A stretch of 64,000 bases of DNA from Candidatus Marinacidobacterales bacterium (lineage in GTDB: Bacteria; Acidobacteriota; Vicinamibacteria; Marinacidobacterales; SMYC01): positions 448,001 through 512,000 of the forward strand of contig CBDCYI010000009.1 in NCBI GenBank assembly GCA_965224085.1, given 5' to 3'. A program made the translations under genes and the position numbers. This document shows positions 47,964 through 58,718 of this stretch, one piece after another (within the stretch, counting starts at the first letter, position 1; every line of letters begins with the position of its first letter). The notes beneath the pieces were generated by a model. It had not been told where the DNA came from. It was given only the letters and a program-made list of their open reading frames with translations, and searched no databases.

Positions 47964-48923
47964 GGCGTGAATATGAGGCGGGTCTACGCAACCGTGGGAG
48001 CCTGACCGTCTGGATCTCGCTCACCGCCGGCAAGCTTGTGAACTGGGACGCGCCCCGGCCGAGGAGGAGGAAACCGGGCCGTCAACGCAAGTACTCGAAC
48101 CACGCCATCGAGACGGCTGTCACCCTGGGCATGGTGTTTCATCTGTCATCTAGGCAGAGCGAGGGATTGCTGCGGTCGTTGTTCGCTCTGATGAAGCTAG
48201 ACAACGATGTGCCCGATCACACCACGATTTCGAGGCGCAAGGCGAAGCTGGGTAAGGTCCCCTTCTACCAAGACAAGCAGAAGACGCCGTTGCACATCTT
48301 GATCGACAGCAGCGGTCTCGCTGTCCACGCCGGCCAGCTGCGCAGAGCACCAAATAGCAGGGACTATCGCAAGCTCCATCTGTGTGTCGACGAGCAGAGT
48401 GGCGAAGTCGTCGCCGGCGAGCTGACGAGCAAAAGAGCCCGCGATTCATCGCGGGTTGCATCGCTTGTCGGACAGAGCGACAGTCCCATCTCATCGGCCA
48501 GAGCTGACACCGCATACGACGCCAGCGGCGTCTATGAGGCAATCGAGAATCACAGCGCTCATCGCTCGCCGAGGGTGCTGATACCGCCGCGCAAGGGCGC
48601 CCTGCTCGCATCGGGGCCGGCGAGCAGCCGACAGCGCAATCGCAACATTGCAGCACAAGCTCGGCTCGGCAAACGAAAGTGGCACACAGAATCGGGCTAC
48701 AGCAAACGGAGCAAAGTCGAGACAACGTTCCATCGCTACAAGGCTATCGTGGGCTCAGCGATGCGAGCGAGAGGGTTGGCGGCACAGAGAGTCGAGGCAA
48801 GGATCGGGTGCAAGATTCTCAACACCATGACGGCGCTCGGGATGCCTGATAGCGAGATGATCGGGTGATGGGAGTCGGGGCCAAGCGAGCTCTCGGCCTC
48901 TATCGGAGTTGTGCACCAAGGCA
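47964..48923 (+). mobile_element. IS5-family (IS903-like) element, 5' end removed by IS6; transposase ends at 48868
   Basis: PDHTTISRR, IDSSG, RKLHLCVD, ADTAYD, RSKVETTFHRYK; right TIR GAGTTGTGCACCAAGGCA. Confidence 0.88.
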
Positions 48924-48936
48924 GTCTGCCGGCACC

Positions 48937-49097
48937 ATGCCTGCTTGATTTCGTCGTTTGTTCGCGCTCTCATCTCCGTCTTCAAGGCTCGTCGCGAGCT
49001 GGCTCTCGACAATGTCGCTCTTCGGCAGCAGCTCGCCGTCCTCCGCCGTTCGGTGAAACGGCCGCGGCTCTCGAACGTCGACCGCGGGTTTTGGGTA
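48937..49097 (+). pseudogene. rve integrase element N-terminal fragment
   Basis: RRELALDNVALRQQLAVLRR..RPRLSNVDRGFWV. Confidence 0.7.
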
Positions 49098-49185
49098 ACT
49101 GTAGAGCCTAAGGGCCCTTGGCCCAGTCGCTAAGCTGCTGATTTATGGTCTATTTCAAAAGGGCTGAGTTTTGGCACAGGACGGG
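49098..49185. repeat. Recurrent unassigned element end; other copies at ~51087-51195 (inverted), ~58055-58617 (interrupted) and ~62380-62464
   Basis: Shared CTAAGCTGCTGATTT..TATTTCAAAAGGGCyGArTTTTGGCACAGGACGGG. Confidence 0.8.
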
Positions 49186-49399
49186 GGAGACATTTCCGAT
49201 CGGCTCCAAGAGTCGTTGCGTGTTGTACCAATGGACCCACTCGAGGGTGGCGAACTCAACGTCTTCGAGACCACGCCAGGGCCCACGTCGACGGATCACC
49301 TCGGTCTTGTAGAGGCCGATGATGGATTCAGCCAAAGCGTTATCGTAAGAGTCGCCTCGGCTGCCGACGGACGGCTCAATACCCGCCTTGGCTTGCCCG
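49186..49399 (-). pseudogene. IS3-family (IS51-like) transposase C-terminal fragment
   Basis: AGIEPSVGSRGDSYDNALAESIIGLYKTE..ATLEWVHWYN. Confidence 0.88.
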
Positions 49400-49600
49400 G
49401 TAGGGTCGAGGGCTGGCGCGGTGCTCCGTAGGCGCGGCCTATCTGTTTCTCCCCGTTTCCTGTGGGAGTGCCTCACTAGCCGCACCGTAAGTCCGTTTCC
49501 AGCCCCCGCCACATCGCACGCAGCGTGCGGCTTTCCCGCACTACGCGCTCCTGCACACTTCCCGCGAAGGGTTATGTGACACCCGTGCCAGGGGATTGAC
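49400..49600 (-). ncRNA. Group II intron 3' remnant (domains V-VI)
   Basis: GGAGCGCGTAGTGCGGGAAAGCCGCACGCTGCGTGCGATGTGGCGGGGG (DV-like, GAAA loop); terminus CTCGACCCTAC. Confidence 0.8.
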
Positions 49601-49645
49601 CGCTTAGGATCAGTCGGACATGCTCGTACTGATCTGCCGCGTCCT

Positions 49646-49993
49646 TTACTTGGGGATTGGGGATTTCCCGACGACTTTTCCAATCTTGGGGGTATAGTTC
49701 GTCCGTGTCCCCCTGCTGTGCATCAACGCGCGCCTGACGGCCTCGGGTTCCTTCTGGATCACGCACAGGAGCGTCGCCGCCGGGCCGCTGACCCGGCGTG
49801 TGCCCTGCTCCCATTTCCGATAGCCGGACAGGCTCATGCCCATCAGGGGCGCCATCTGTGCCTGCGTAAGCTTCGCTTGCTTCCGAACCTCGCGTGGCAC
49901 TACGGGTGCATGAACGATGGCAGGACCTCCGCCCTTCGCATGGGCCAGAGCCTCTTCGAGCGATTGAATCAAGTCCTCTCCGAACGTGCTCAT
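49646..49993 (-). CDS. HigA-like Xre-HTH antitoxin (C-terminal tail may be read-through into foreign DNA)
   Basis: LIQSLEEALAHA, LTQAQMA, KWEQGTRRVSGPAATLL. Confidence 0.88.
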   Translation of the reverse strand: MSTFGEDLIQSLEEALAHAKGGGPAIVHAPVVPREVRKQAKLTQAQMAPLMGMSLSGYRKWEQGTRRVSGPAATLLCVIQKEPEAVRRALMHSRGTRTNYTPKIGKVVGKSPIPK

Positions 49994-50334
49994 TTCCTCT
50001 CCTTCTCCTTCCCGGCGGCCTTGATCGCCGCCACAAGCGCGGACACCGTTCGCCGCTCGTGCGGTTTCAGGTCCGTCTTTGCCGACTTTGCATAGGCGAG
50101 AAGTGCATAGACCGGCATGTCTTCGCCACCATAGAAGTAGATCACTCGCGCACCGCCTTGCTTGCCACGGCCCAAGGCCCCGAAACGCAGCTTTCGAACA
50201 CCGCCCGTTTCCGGTATCTCATCGCCCGCCATGGGATTTTCCGCGAGGAAGTCAATCAGTTCGCGTCTCTCTGTCTCGCTGAACAGCTTGTCGGCCTGAC
50301 GGGAAAAGGTCGGGGTTTCGGCCACCGTCTGCAT
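49990..50334 (-). CDS. RelE/HigB2-family toxin
   Basis: TVAETPTF, NPMAGDEIPETGGVRKLR, GKQGGARVIY, YAKS. Confidence 0.9.
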   Translation of the reverse strand: MQTVAETPTFSRQADKLFSETERRELIDFLAENPMAGDEIPETGGVRKLRFGALGRGKQGGARVIYFYGGEDMPVYALLAYAKSAKTDLKPHERRTVSALVAAIKAAGKEKERK

Positions 50335-50698
50335 CCGACACAATATAACCCAATGGGGCATTCACGGCAATGCTTGAACAGGATGGGGTGGCGCGCCCGT
50401 GGTCGTCTGGTCAAAATACTCGAACGCCCAGGAAGTCAGCAGTTTGCGCCTTCAGGTGACTCCGGTCCTCCGCGGAAGGTGTCCGGTGCTCCGCAGAATT
50501 CCGATTTGAAACGAGGGGCGCACGAGGGAAGCCAGGGTAAGAACGCATGTAACGTTCTTAGTCCCAATAGTTTACATACCAACAATGTCAAGGACTGAAG
50601 GGCCACGCCCAGATGCAAAAGCACCCCTCCGCATAGGTCTTGCCCGCCTCGATCCGATTCGAGCCAGGAGAGGGCGTTGGCGCTCCTCCACTACGACG

Positions 50699-51086
50699 TG
50701 ACATTATCAGATCAGGCCGGTCCCTATTTTTTATGATGTCCAGCCGAAGGCGTCCATGGGAAAACGACGACGCAGGAAGTTCACGGGGGAGTTCAAGAAG
50801 GAAGCGGTCCGGTTGTTCAGGGAAGGCGAGCGCAGCATCGGCCAGGTCGCTAAGGAACTGGACCTGACGGAATCAGCCCTTCGAAACTGGGTGAAACAAT
50901 ACAAAGTTGATCACGGTGAAGGTCCACGCGAGGCTCTGACGACGGCGGAACGTGATGAGCTGGGTTCGCTACGATGTCGAGTGCGCACGTTGGAGCAAGA
51001 GCGAGAAATATTAAAAAAGGCGGCGGCCTTCTTCGCGAAAGAAAGCGAATGAGATTCAATTTCATTCACGCGGAGCGGGCCAACTA
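50699..51086 (+). mobile_element. IS3-family left part: orfA (50756-51052) and truncated orfB
   Basis: RRKFTGEFKKEAV..EREILKKAAAFFA with an A6G slippery site; cut by the repeated end at 51087. Confidence 0.85.
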
Positions 51087-51546
51087 CCCCGTCCTGTGCC
51101 AAAACTCAGCCCTTTTGAAATAAACGATAAATCAATAGCTTAGAGTCTGTGTTTGCGACCGTGCCAAGGGCCGTAGGCTCTACAATCGTCTTGGGCGGAC
51201 AGGTCGTCACCATGCAGACGACCACCTGGTTGAGAGCGAATATCCAAGCGTAAGAGAACAAGTAAGAATAGACGAAGCGATAATGGACTTGTACGGAATC
51301 GTGTATGCCTGTGTCGAGTACCACAAGAGCCGGGATGCGCAGCAACAGTAGCTTTTGCAGGTACGCGCGCGCACCCTACGGCCTCGGCTCCACCCGTGCG
51401 CCGCGTGCGTGGCCCACCGGGCGAACCCTCCCTGACCGCCTTCGGCTGACGCCGCTTATCGAACGTTGCGCCCGTTCCACCGTCCCAGCTTCCGCAGTCG
51501 AGCAACATACGAACGTCCCCGCTGGTTTCGTGGGTGTTGGCTCGGG

Positions 51547-52356
51547 ATGACTCCGACCAAGAGCGGTATGAGCGGAAAGCCGTCGGACTACGAGAACCGG
51601 GCGCGCGAGCAGATCGGCGAGTGGAAGAAACCCGACCAGGGCTGGTTCGGCCAGACCATGCGCCAAATCGGTTGGCCCGTCGACCGCGTGCGGGCGCTGA
51701 TCGGGAACGCGGCCGTCGCAACGGGTCTGCATGACGTGCTCGCCAAGGCGCTCGCCGGCACGTTACATGTCCTCGGGGACGCTGCCGCTCGTGCAGCCCG
51801 TTCCCCACTGGCAAGCAAGCTCTTCGACGAGACCGGGGACCGGCTGACGCCGAGCCACACCAAAAAGAAAAACGGGCAACGGCTCCGCTACTACGTCTCC
51901 CGGCGCCTCATCCAGCACAGTGGCCAAAAAGACCTCTCCGGCTTGCTCGACCGCAATGCGTTCGCTGCTTGCCTCTCTATGGGGCCCGACCGCATTCGCG
52001 AGGATGCACTCCGCATCCACGCACCGTTCCGCTTGCGTCGACGCGGCGTCGAGACCAAGCTCGTTCTGGGCAACCCCACGAAATCCGTCGACCGCACACT
52101 CCTGCGCAATATCGCCAACGCCCTCTCCTGGCTCGACCGAATCAAAGCAGGCAAAACCTATGAGCAGATTGCCACCGAAAACGCCATCCCAACGGACCGC
52201 GTGCGCAAGGCAATCCGTTATGCCTTCCTGGCTCCCGACATCGTCCGCGCCATTGTCGAAGGCCGCCAGCCCGTTGGGCTGACCTCGAGCTACCTCTTGC
52301 ATCATCCGCTTCCCGACGATTGGGAGAAACAGCGAGTGCTCGTCAAAACGCTGTGA
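51547..52356 (+). pseudogene. Chimeric ORF: EcsC-like N-terminal fragment joined to an internally deleted serine-recombinase C-terminus
   Basis: DYENRAREQIGEWK; LFDETGDRLTPSHT..RYYVS; RRRGVETKLV; LAPDIVRAIVEGRQP. Confidence 0.65.
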
Positions 52357-53639
52357 GCCTGCCAGCGCCCACTTCGTGAATAGGCTCGGTTAGCAGCAAG
52401 CTGCTCTCCGACACTGGCCTCCACCAATCAGACTCAAACTGGCCCAAATTTCCTGTCATGGTTTCCAGACTCGGATAGCTCCTTGTACTGGACCGTCTGC
52501 GGAGTCATCTTCGTTTCCTCCGTAAAACTCCGCTGGATGAATTCGAGGTTTGGCCAATTCGAATTCCACTATTCGCCTTCTCCTCAGGCGCGATCTAGGC
52601 ATTGAGCGTCTTCTCATTGTCTGCGCGATTAAGTGAAAAAACGTCCCGATAAGCCCCAAAATCGCCCCAAATTGCACGCTAATGGCCTGGTTAGCTCTGT
52701 TTCTGATCGTTTCCAGCCAAGAATCGGAAGCTCCACTCAAGCCTCCCGACTGCGATAGTCAGAAAGATGTTCCCGTAGACGAACATTCGCTGATGAGACG
52801 TAAAGCCTTTTGCGGCAATGAGTAACGGTCGGAGCCGCCTCCGGAGGGTTTACGACACGGCCCTCTTTCAAGCGTCCAGGAGGTTGAGATTGCCGTATAA
52901 AAAATTTGATTGAAGCAAATTCGATTCCGGCTCGGAACGAGCACCCGTCGATGAGATGTGCGGGGACCAGTACGTGGTGGCTTCCTTTAAGTCACTGTAA
53001 AAAAACAGGATAGAACGCTGTGGGCATCAGGGCTTCTCTGAGTTTTCGCTACATTGCCCCAACCACGCGCACGGCCAAAAGTTCGATCCTGACTCCCAAA
53101 ATTGCCAAAATACCTTTTGCCGAGACCGGATGGCTCGAGACTGCACCATCCGCCACCCAGTCTGCCCAATTGTGACACTGCAGAGACGGGTGAGATTTTC
53201 CGCGCCGTTGGCGCGGTTTTGCAGGATCACGTGGCACCAGAGACGCGCTAGAAGGACGGAACGGGCCTCATTTTCGGTATTCGTCTCTAATCCCGATTTT
53301 CGAGTGCCACGTTTGCGCCCAATAGGAGAACGGACGCTGACCGGGCCGTGCGGCGGCGGAAAGAAAGGCCACCTGAGAGGCCCAAAATCGAGGTCGGGAC
53401 TACCGCGGCGTAGCTGCCCGAGCACGTTCTGGTCCAGGTGCGGCCCGGGCCTGGATCCAGGTCTCCGCCCTGGAACGTGGCATCCCGTTGCTGGATGGTG
53501 TTTTCCCTGCGCGTACGGGGAACCCGAATCGCCCGACATCGCCTCCGACACGCCCCAGATCTGGGGCTCGCCACGGGGCGATGACGATCGAAACGGCCCG
53601 GCGCGCCAGTCTTGAGTTCGTTTGTATTCTTGGACACGA

Positions 53640-53788
53640 CGGGTTCCCCCGCATATCTTGCAACGGTAACGCCGTCTGCGACCCGACTTGGTGGTAAACC
53701 AGCCGTAGCCACCGATGTTGATGCCCCGCTTTCCACAGTGCTCACACTCTGGCTTGGAGCATGTCTGATTCTGGATGGGTTTCATCAT
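53640..53788 (-). pseudogene. IS1-like transposase N-terminal Zn-ribbon fragment
   Basis: CSKPEC..GWFTTKSGRRRRYRCKICG; a matching C-terminal remnant (AMQAGLTTRCLTFRDIF) lies near 57680-57735. Confidence 0.6.
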
Positions 53789-53883
53789 TCTAGTGTAGCG
53801 GCGTTGAAAAATAGGCTGTTATACTCATAATCTCATGGGCTTGCAGTCGATCGATCAACAGCGAACAGGGCAAGCACCGAAAT

Positions 53884-54020
53884 TCGATTGGTTCAACATG
53901 TGCCGGCTGCTCGAGCCGATCGGCTACGTGCCGCCAGCGGAATTCGAAGCGCGTTACTATGAGCAGGCCGCAGTGACCTGACTCAACTAATTCGCCCTCC
54001 GGGATTCCAGGTACGATTCA
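53884..54020 (+). mobile_element. IS3-family right-end remnant
   Basis: DWFN..RLLEPIGYVPPAEFEARYY, then CTCCGGGATTCCAGGTACGATTCA. Confidence 0.75.
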
Positions 54021-54493
54021 GTGCACTTCTGGTGCATTTTCTTGTGAAGCGGAGCAGTCGAAGCAAATGTTTAGTTCGTGGCGAGCCTATCAGATAAACC
54101 GGGAAAGTCACTGTTCTGCACGTGGCATGGCAAGGTGCGCCACATGACGCCCCGCCTACACTTCTCCTGGCCTATCCGTGCGGGTGAACCGGTCTACGTC
54201 GTGTACGCCGGCCGGAAGCTCACCAGGCGATGACGTCTTCGGCCGATACAGGGAACCGATAATGCCCGCTTCGCGCAGGAAAAGGTCAACCTGCCGAAAG
54301 CGTTTTCTGGACCTTGCACTGCTGGATGACCGCCGTCCAGCAGTGGGACGAGCCGAATCTGGGATGAAGCCTTCATGACCGCCAGCACGCTGAAGCGCCT
54401 CGTGCGCGACACGGACCCGCCGGCACGCCGTACCCAAGACCGACAGATAGTCTTGCCGAGCCAGCCGGTGCGGACCGCTCCGGGCGGGGGTTC

Positions 54494-55345
54494 GTGATGG
54501 ACGCCTTCGACCTCGATGAAACCGTCATCGGGCGCTACAAGGCCTTCGCACGCTCCTTTACAAATATCCGCTCGCCGGAGCTGAATGCGAAGGTCGATGA
54601 ACTGTACGCGACCAAGCGCTTCTGGCCCGAGCCGTTGGTCCAGCTCAACCCGCACTATGCGGGCGGCGGATCGATACAGGATTTCATTGACGCCGGCGAT
54701 CTAGAACCGGAATGCGCCGACGTGTTTCGGGACCTCTTGGCCTCGGGAAGCCCCCGGGATCGAACGCTGAGGCTCCGCAAGCACCAGCAGCAGGCCATCG
54801 GCTATGCCCTGAACAATCAGAGTTACGCCGTCACGACCGGGACAGGCTCGGGGAAGTCACTGTGTTTCTTCATTCCGATCATCGACGCCGCGATCAAGGC
54901 GCGGAAAGCGGGCCAGGCCCCGGGCACCCGCGCGATCGTCATCTATCCGATGAACGCCTTGGCAAACAGCCAGGCGGAAGAGCTGAGGCGCTACCTCGGT
55001 GTGGGCAACCCCCACACCCCCACCTTCGCGCGATACACCGGCCAGGAAGGCCCGGATGAACGGGAGCGCGTCAAGGACGACCCGCCGGACATTTTGCTTA
55101 CCAACTTCATGATGCTCGAATTGCTCATGACGCGGCAGAACGATCTGGACCGGAAGGTCATCGAGAATTGCCGCGGCCTGCGGTTCGTCGTGCTCGATGA
55201 GCTGCACACCTACCGCGGGCGCCAGGGCGCGGATGTGGCGATGCTGATGCGCCGTCTCAAGGCGCGGATTGGCGATCCGAAGGCATCCGCCGATTTGCGT
55301 CGGCACGTCCGCGACCATGGCAAGCGAAGGCGCCCCGGAAGAGAA
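54494..55345 (+). pseudogene. Large DEAD/DEAH-box helicase (DUF1998/DruE-like class), N-terminal fragment
   Basis: WPEPLVQLNP, HQ, TGTGSGKS, PMNALANSQ, TNFMMLE, LDELHTYRGRQGADVA, (frameshift) GTSATM. Confidence 0.85.
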
Positions 55346-55672
55346 GCGCGCCGCTTCTTCCGTCTTCTCCCTTTTGAGCGCGCAGACCCTCTTCACGATG
55401 AGCGACGAGTGCATTGTGAACAGCTTAGTCGTCTTGACGATCGACTTCTTTGGAAGTCGGCCTTGGGCAAAGTCGGTGTCGGAGAGTTGGACTGCGTTCG
55501 GGTCATCCGTGATATGTGAGGTTATTGCCGCCAGTACGAGGTCTTCCCCGGCAGCATTGAAGGAATCAGGGGAAAGGATCAGCGCGGGGCGTCTCTTGGA
55601 CGACGTGAGGTCGGTGAAGGGGAAGAAGACCAGTACGATGTCGCCCTGTCTATAAACTGTCGTAGACGGCAT
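55345..55672 (-). CDS. PemK/MazF-family toxin; native stop lost at the junction
   Basis: GDIVLVFFPFTDL..KRRPAL, AAITS, GRLPKKS. Confidence 0.85.
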
Positions 55673-55850
55673 CCTCCTTGTTCTCCCAGAACTCGAAGCT
55701 CCGCTCCGAGGCCTTCAGCCACGGCAGGTCCTCGGTGAGCCGCTTCAGCTCATCCTCTGAAAAGACTCGGTAGACCTTTCCCGAAGCGGCGTCGCTCACT
55801 TCCTCCAGCGGCCTGAAGACCCCATCCCTGTACTCGACCTTAATGCTCAT
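55650..55850 (-). CDS. AF2212/DUF104-like antitoxin
   Basis: IKVEYRDGVFRPLE; acidic tail FWENKEDAVYD; overlaps the toxin start. Confidence 0.75.
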   Translation of the reverse strand: MSIKVEYRDGVFRPLEEVSDAASGKVYRVFSEDELKRLTEDLPWLKASERSFEFWENKEDAVYDSL

Positions 55851-55956
55851 TATCCAGATTATATCAGGCAAAGCTTAAAACGTGTTTCCCGGTCGTGCGT
55901 CGGGGCATGACGGGATGATCCTCGCATCACAGCAAGGGTCTGCTTCGCAGGACGCC

Positions 55957-56153
55957 TGAACCGCCCCGGGTTTCCCGGAGACTGTTTTAGTTGAGTCTCG
56001 CCATCTCTAGCAAGCCTTCCTGCGACCGATAGTAGTTCATCTCGTACTCGACGGGGGCGACATTTCCGATCGGCTCCAAGAGTCGTTGCGTGTTGTACCA
56101 ATGCACCCACTCAAGGGTAGCGAACTCGACGTCCTCGAGACCACGCCAGGGCC
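55957..56153 (-). mobile_element. IS3-family right end (inverted copy at ~57848-58008)
   Basis: TGAACCGCCCCGGGTTTCCCGGAGACT plus transposase C-terminus. Confidence 0.8.
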
Positions 56154-57499
56154 TGTCCTTCATCATTATTGATCCAGCGGGAATGGTACCGCTGGTGGCC
56201 CTACGACGAACGAAGAAACCCGGGTCGGCGCGCGCGGGAACTTGCCGAGATCACGCGATCAATGGGCCGCGGAGCTGGACAACGCAATCGCGAGGGACCC
56301 CAGCAATCGACGCGCAGCGACTAAACTGGCTCAGGCGGCGTCACGCCATTCGTAGCGGTGATGAAGCCCACCCACTCGCGGCAACGCGACGACTTTTGCG
56401 GTCGGTGATGGTCGGGGCGTGACGGGTCTTGAGTTCGGGGTGTCTTTGTCGAGACCCAAGTGGCAACGGTCCTCGTGGTAGTAGCTGATGTACAAGCGCA
56501 TGAGCCGGACGAGATGCCGCTCACTGAGGACAACTACATGCTCTAACATCTCGCGGCGGCAGTTTCCGATCCAGCGTTCGGCGGTACCGTTTTGCCAAAG
56601 GCTGCGATAAGAAATGCGAACAGGCTTTGTGCCCATGGCCCTGATGAACTCCACCACTGCAGGGCTGAAAATCGCGTCGCGGTCAAAGACCAAGTATCGT
56701 GGTGCCGTGTCGTATGGGAACGCCTCGCGCAGTTGTTGAATCACCCACGCTGACGTGGGGTTGTACGTCGCGTTGAAGTGCAAGATATGGCGACGGCCGT
56801 GCTCGATGACGAAGAAGCCGTACAGCAGCCGTAGCGACGCCGTCGGTACGGCGAACAGTTCCATCGCGGCGATGTCGTCCTTGTGGTTCCGCAAGAACGC
56901 AATCCATCGCTTCACTTCGTCGGGTTCGGCTCGGCGGCGCGGCATGTATCGCGACACCGTCATCTCGCTGACAACGAATCCGAGCTTCGTCAGCTCAGCG
57001 TGGATACGAGGTGCACCCCAGCCGTCTTGGGCCATCGTGCGGACGAGACGACGAATCTCGGCATCAATCCGAGGTCGACCTGGATAGCACGGACGGGAGA
57101 TCCGAGCCCAGTATCGGCGGAACCGATCTCGATTCCACCGGGCGACCGTGTCGGCGTTCACGATAACGAGCCGGCTCGCCCACGCTGGCCACGAGCTTCG
57201 GAGCGCAACCCAGAATGCTCGGTCCGTGTCCTCGAGCGGTGGCCGGGGGCGCTCCTTCTTCAACGCCGTAACTTGCAGCCGCAGGGCCAGGTTTTCAATC
57301 ACGAGGTCGGCTCGGCACCGACACATCGCCCGGATCGCACGGGCGCCGAGTGAGACGAGGAAGATGAGGACACGGAGCATGGCGGCAGAGTTTGCCGTCT
57401 CAAGACCGGGATCTCAAGCGGGAGATGCGCTCGTTGGCCGAGGCGTGAACGGTGCGTAAGTCCTTGATTTCAGGAGCGGACGGATATTGATGATGCACA
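56154..57499 (-). mobile_element. rve-integrase IS-like element, copy 1 (1346 bp); transposase 56331-57380
   Basis: Ends TGTCCTTCATCATTAT / ATATTGATGATGCACA; WGAPRIHAEL, DRD, NGTAERWIG, VGGLHHRY. Confidence 0.85.
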
Positions 57500-57847
57500 C
57501 CGTGGGATCCTCGTCGATGGCTGTGATCCGCAAAAAAGAAAACCGGCCAGAAGCAGCTGACCATGTCAGGTCTAAAACGCGCAATCAACGCCGGATCGAC
57601 TATTTGCGGAGCACAAGTGTCAGTTGGCCTGCGTGTGCCGGCAAATGTTATCGCTACTAATAAGGATGTCGGGGTGCCCACGAAGATGTCCCTGAACGTC
57701 AGGCACCGCGTGGTCAGCCCAGCCTGCATCGCCGAAAGAACAGCGTCTCTCGAAATCAGGCTCAAACTCTAGCACGTGAGCGGGTTACGCGGCTGCGGCC
57801 AACACTTGATTGCGGAAGCACCCATTAATTCGCAAGAACCTCCACTC

Positions 57848-58008
57848 CGCTCGAGTGGGTGCATTGGTACAACACGCAACGACTCTTGGAGCCGATCGGA
57901 AATGTCCCCCCGGTCGAGTACGAGATGAACTACTATCGGTCGCAGGAAGGCTTGCTAGAGATGGCGAGACTCAACTAAAACAGTCTCCGGAAAACCCGGG
58001 GCGGTTCA
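57848..58008 (+). mobile_element. IS3-family right end
   Basis: LEWVHWYNTQRL..; CAGTCTCCGGAAAACCCGGGGCGGTTCA. Confidence 0.8.
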
Positions 58009-58137
58009 GAATTGCACGTGGTACGTCATCATGGAGCTGAAGATAACACCCTCGGGCCAGACGATTGTAAAGCCTACGGCCCTTGGCCCCGGCGCAAACA
58101 CAGACACTAAGCTGCTGATTTATGGCCTATTTCAAAA

Positions 58138-58583
58138 GGGGCTTATATCCATGACTAGACACGACAGAAGAATAGGAGAAGATGAAATATGCGGTCACTA
58201 AAAGGATGCTTCATGCTCGCCGTAGCTTTCGTTTTGACGCTCAACAACTTCTTCTACGCCGTCAATCCCGCTGCGGCCAAGCCCATATTCGATTGGATCG
58301 ACCCTTTCGCAGTCGTCGCCCTCGTACTCGTTTTCATCGAGAAAATCCTCGGTTCGATGCGGGGCGAAACCGAATGGCCTCGGCTCGTGGTGACGGTCCT
58401 GGTGGGGGCGCTGGTTCATTTATACGCCTACAATTACTTGGCGAAGATGGCGGGCAGTGGACTGGAGAGCGGGACCTTGTGGCTGGTTATGGTGCCGTTT
58501 GCGGTCTCCTTGCTCATCTATGAGGGCCTTTTTCTGATTCGTGAATCCAAATAGGGGCTTGTCTAGTCATGTATATAAGCCCC
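58138..58583. mobile_element. Non-autonomous 446-bp cassette with IS1595-like ends, carrying a passenger gene
   Basis: 24-bp TIRs GGGGCTTATAT(C/A)CATGACTAGACA (23/24 match); 8-bp direct repeat TTTCAAAA at 58130-58137 and 58584-58591. Confidence 0.88.
58182..58554 (+). CDS. Small membrane protein, about 4 TM helices (cassette passenger)
   Basis: AGGAGA then ATG at 58182; the hydrophobic frame is ORF 58189-58554 (alternative start, or +1 slip in the A run near 58200). Confidence 0.7.
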
Positions 58584-58718
58584 TTTCAAAAGGGCCGAGT
58601 TTTGGCACAGGACGGGGTGCGTCCGCCGATTCGACCCCAAGATGTTGGCAACGCGATACGCTCAAGCCCCATTATCTAGCGGCCTGCTCCGAGCTTGAGC
58701 CCTCAACTAATAAGAAAC

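Noticed and set aside
52360-53630. ORFs and short palindromes (for example CCTGGATCCAGG near 53450) in this stretch
   Set aside because: No recognisable protein motif or repeated structure; cannot be supported beyond degraded island DNA.
54857-55672. 271-aa PemK fusion as a novel two-domain toxin
   Set aside because: The extension is the antisense strand of the helicase remnant, created by a deletion junction.
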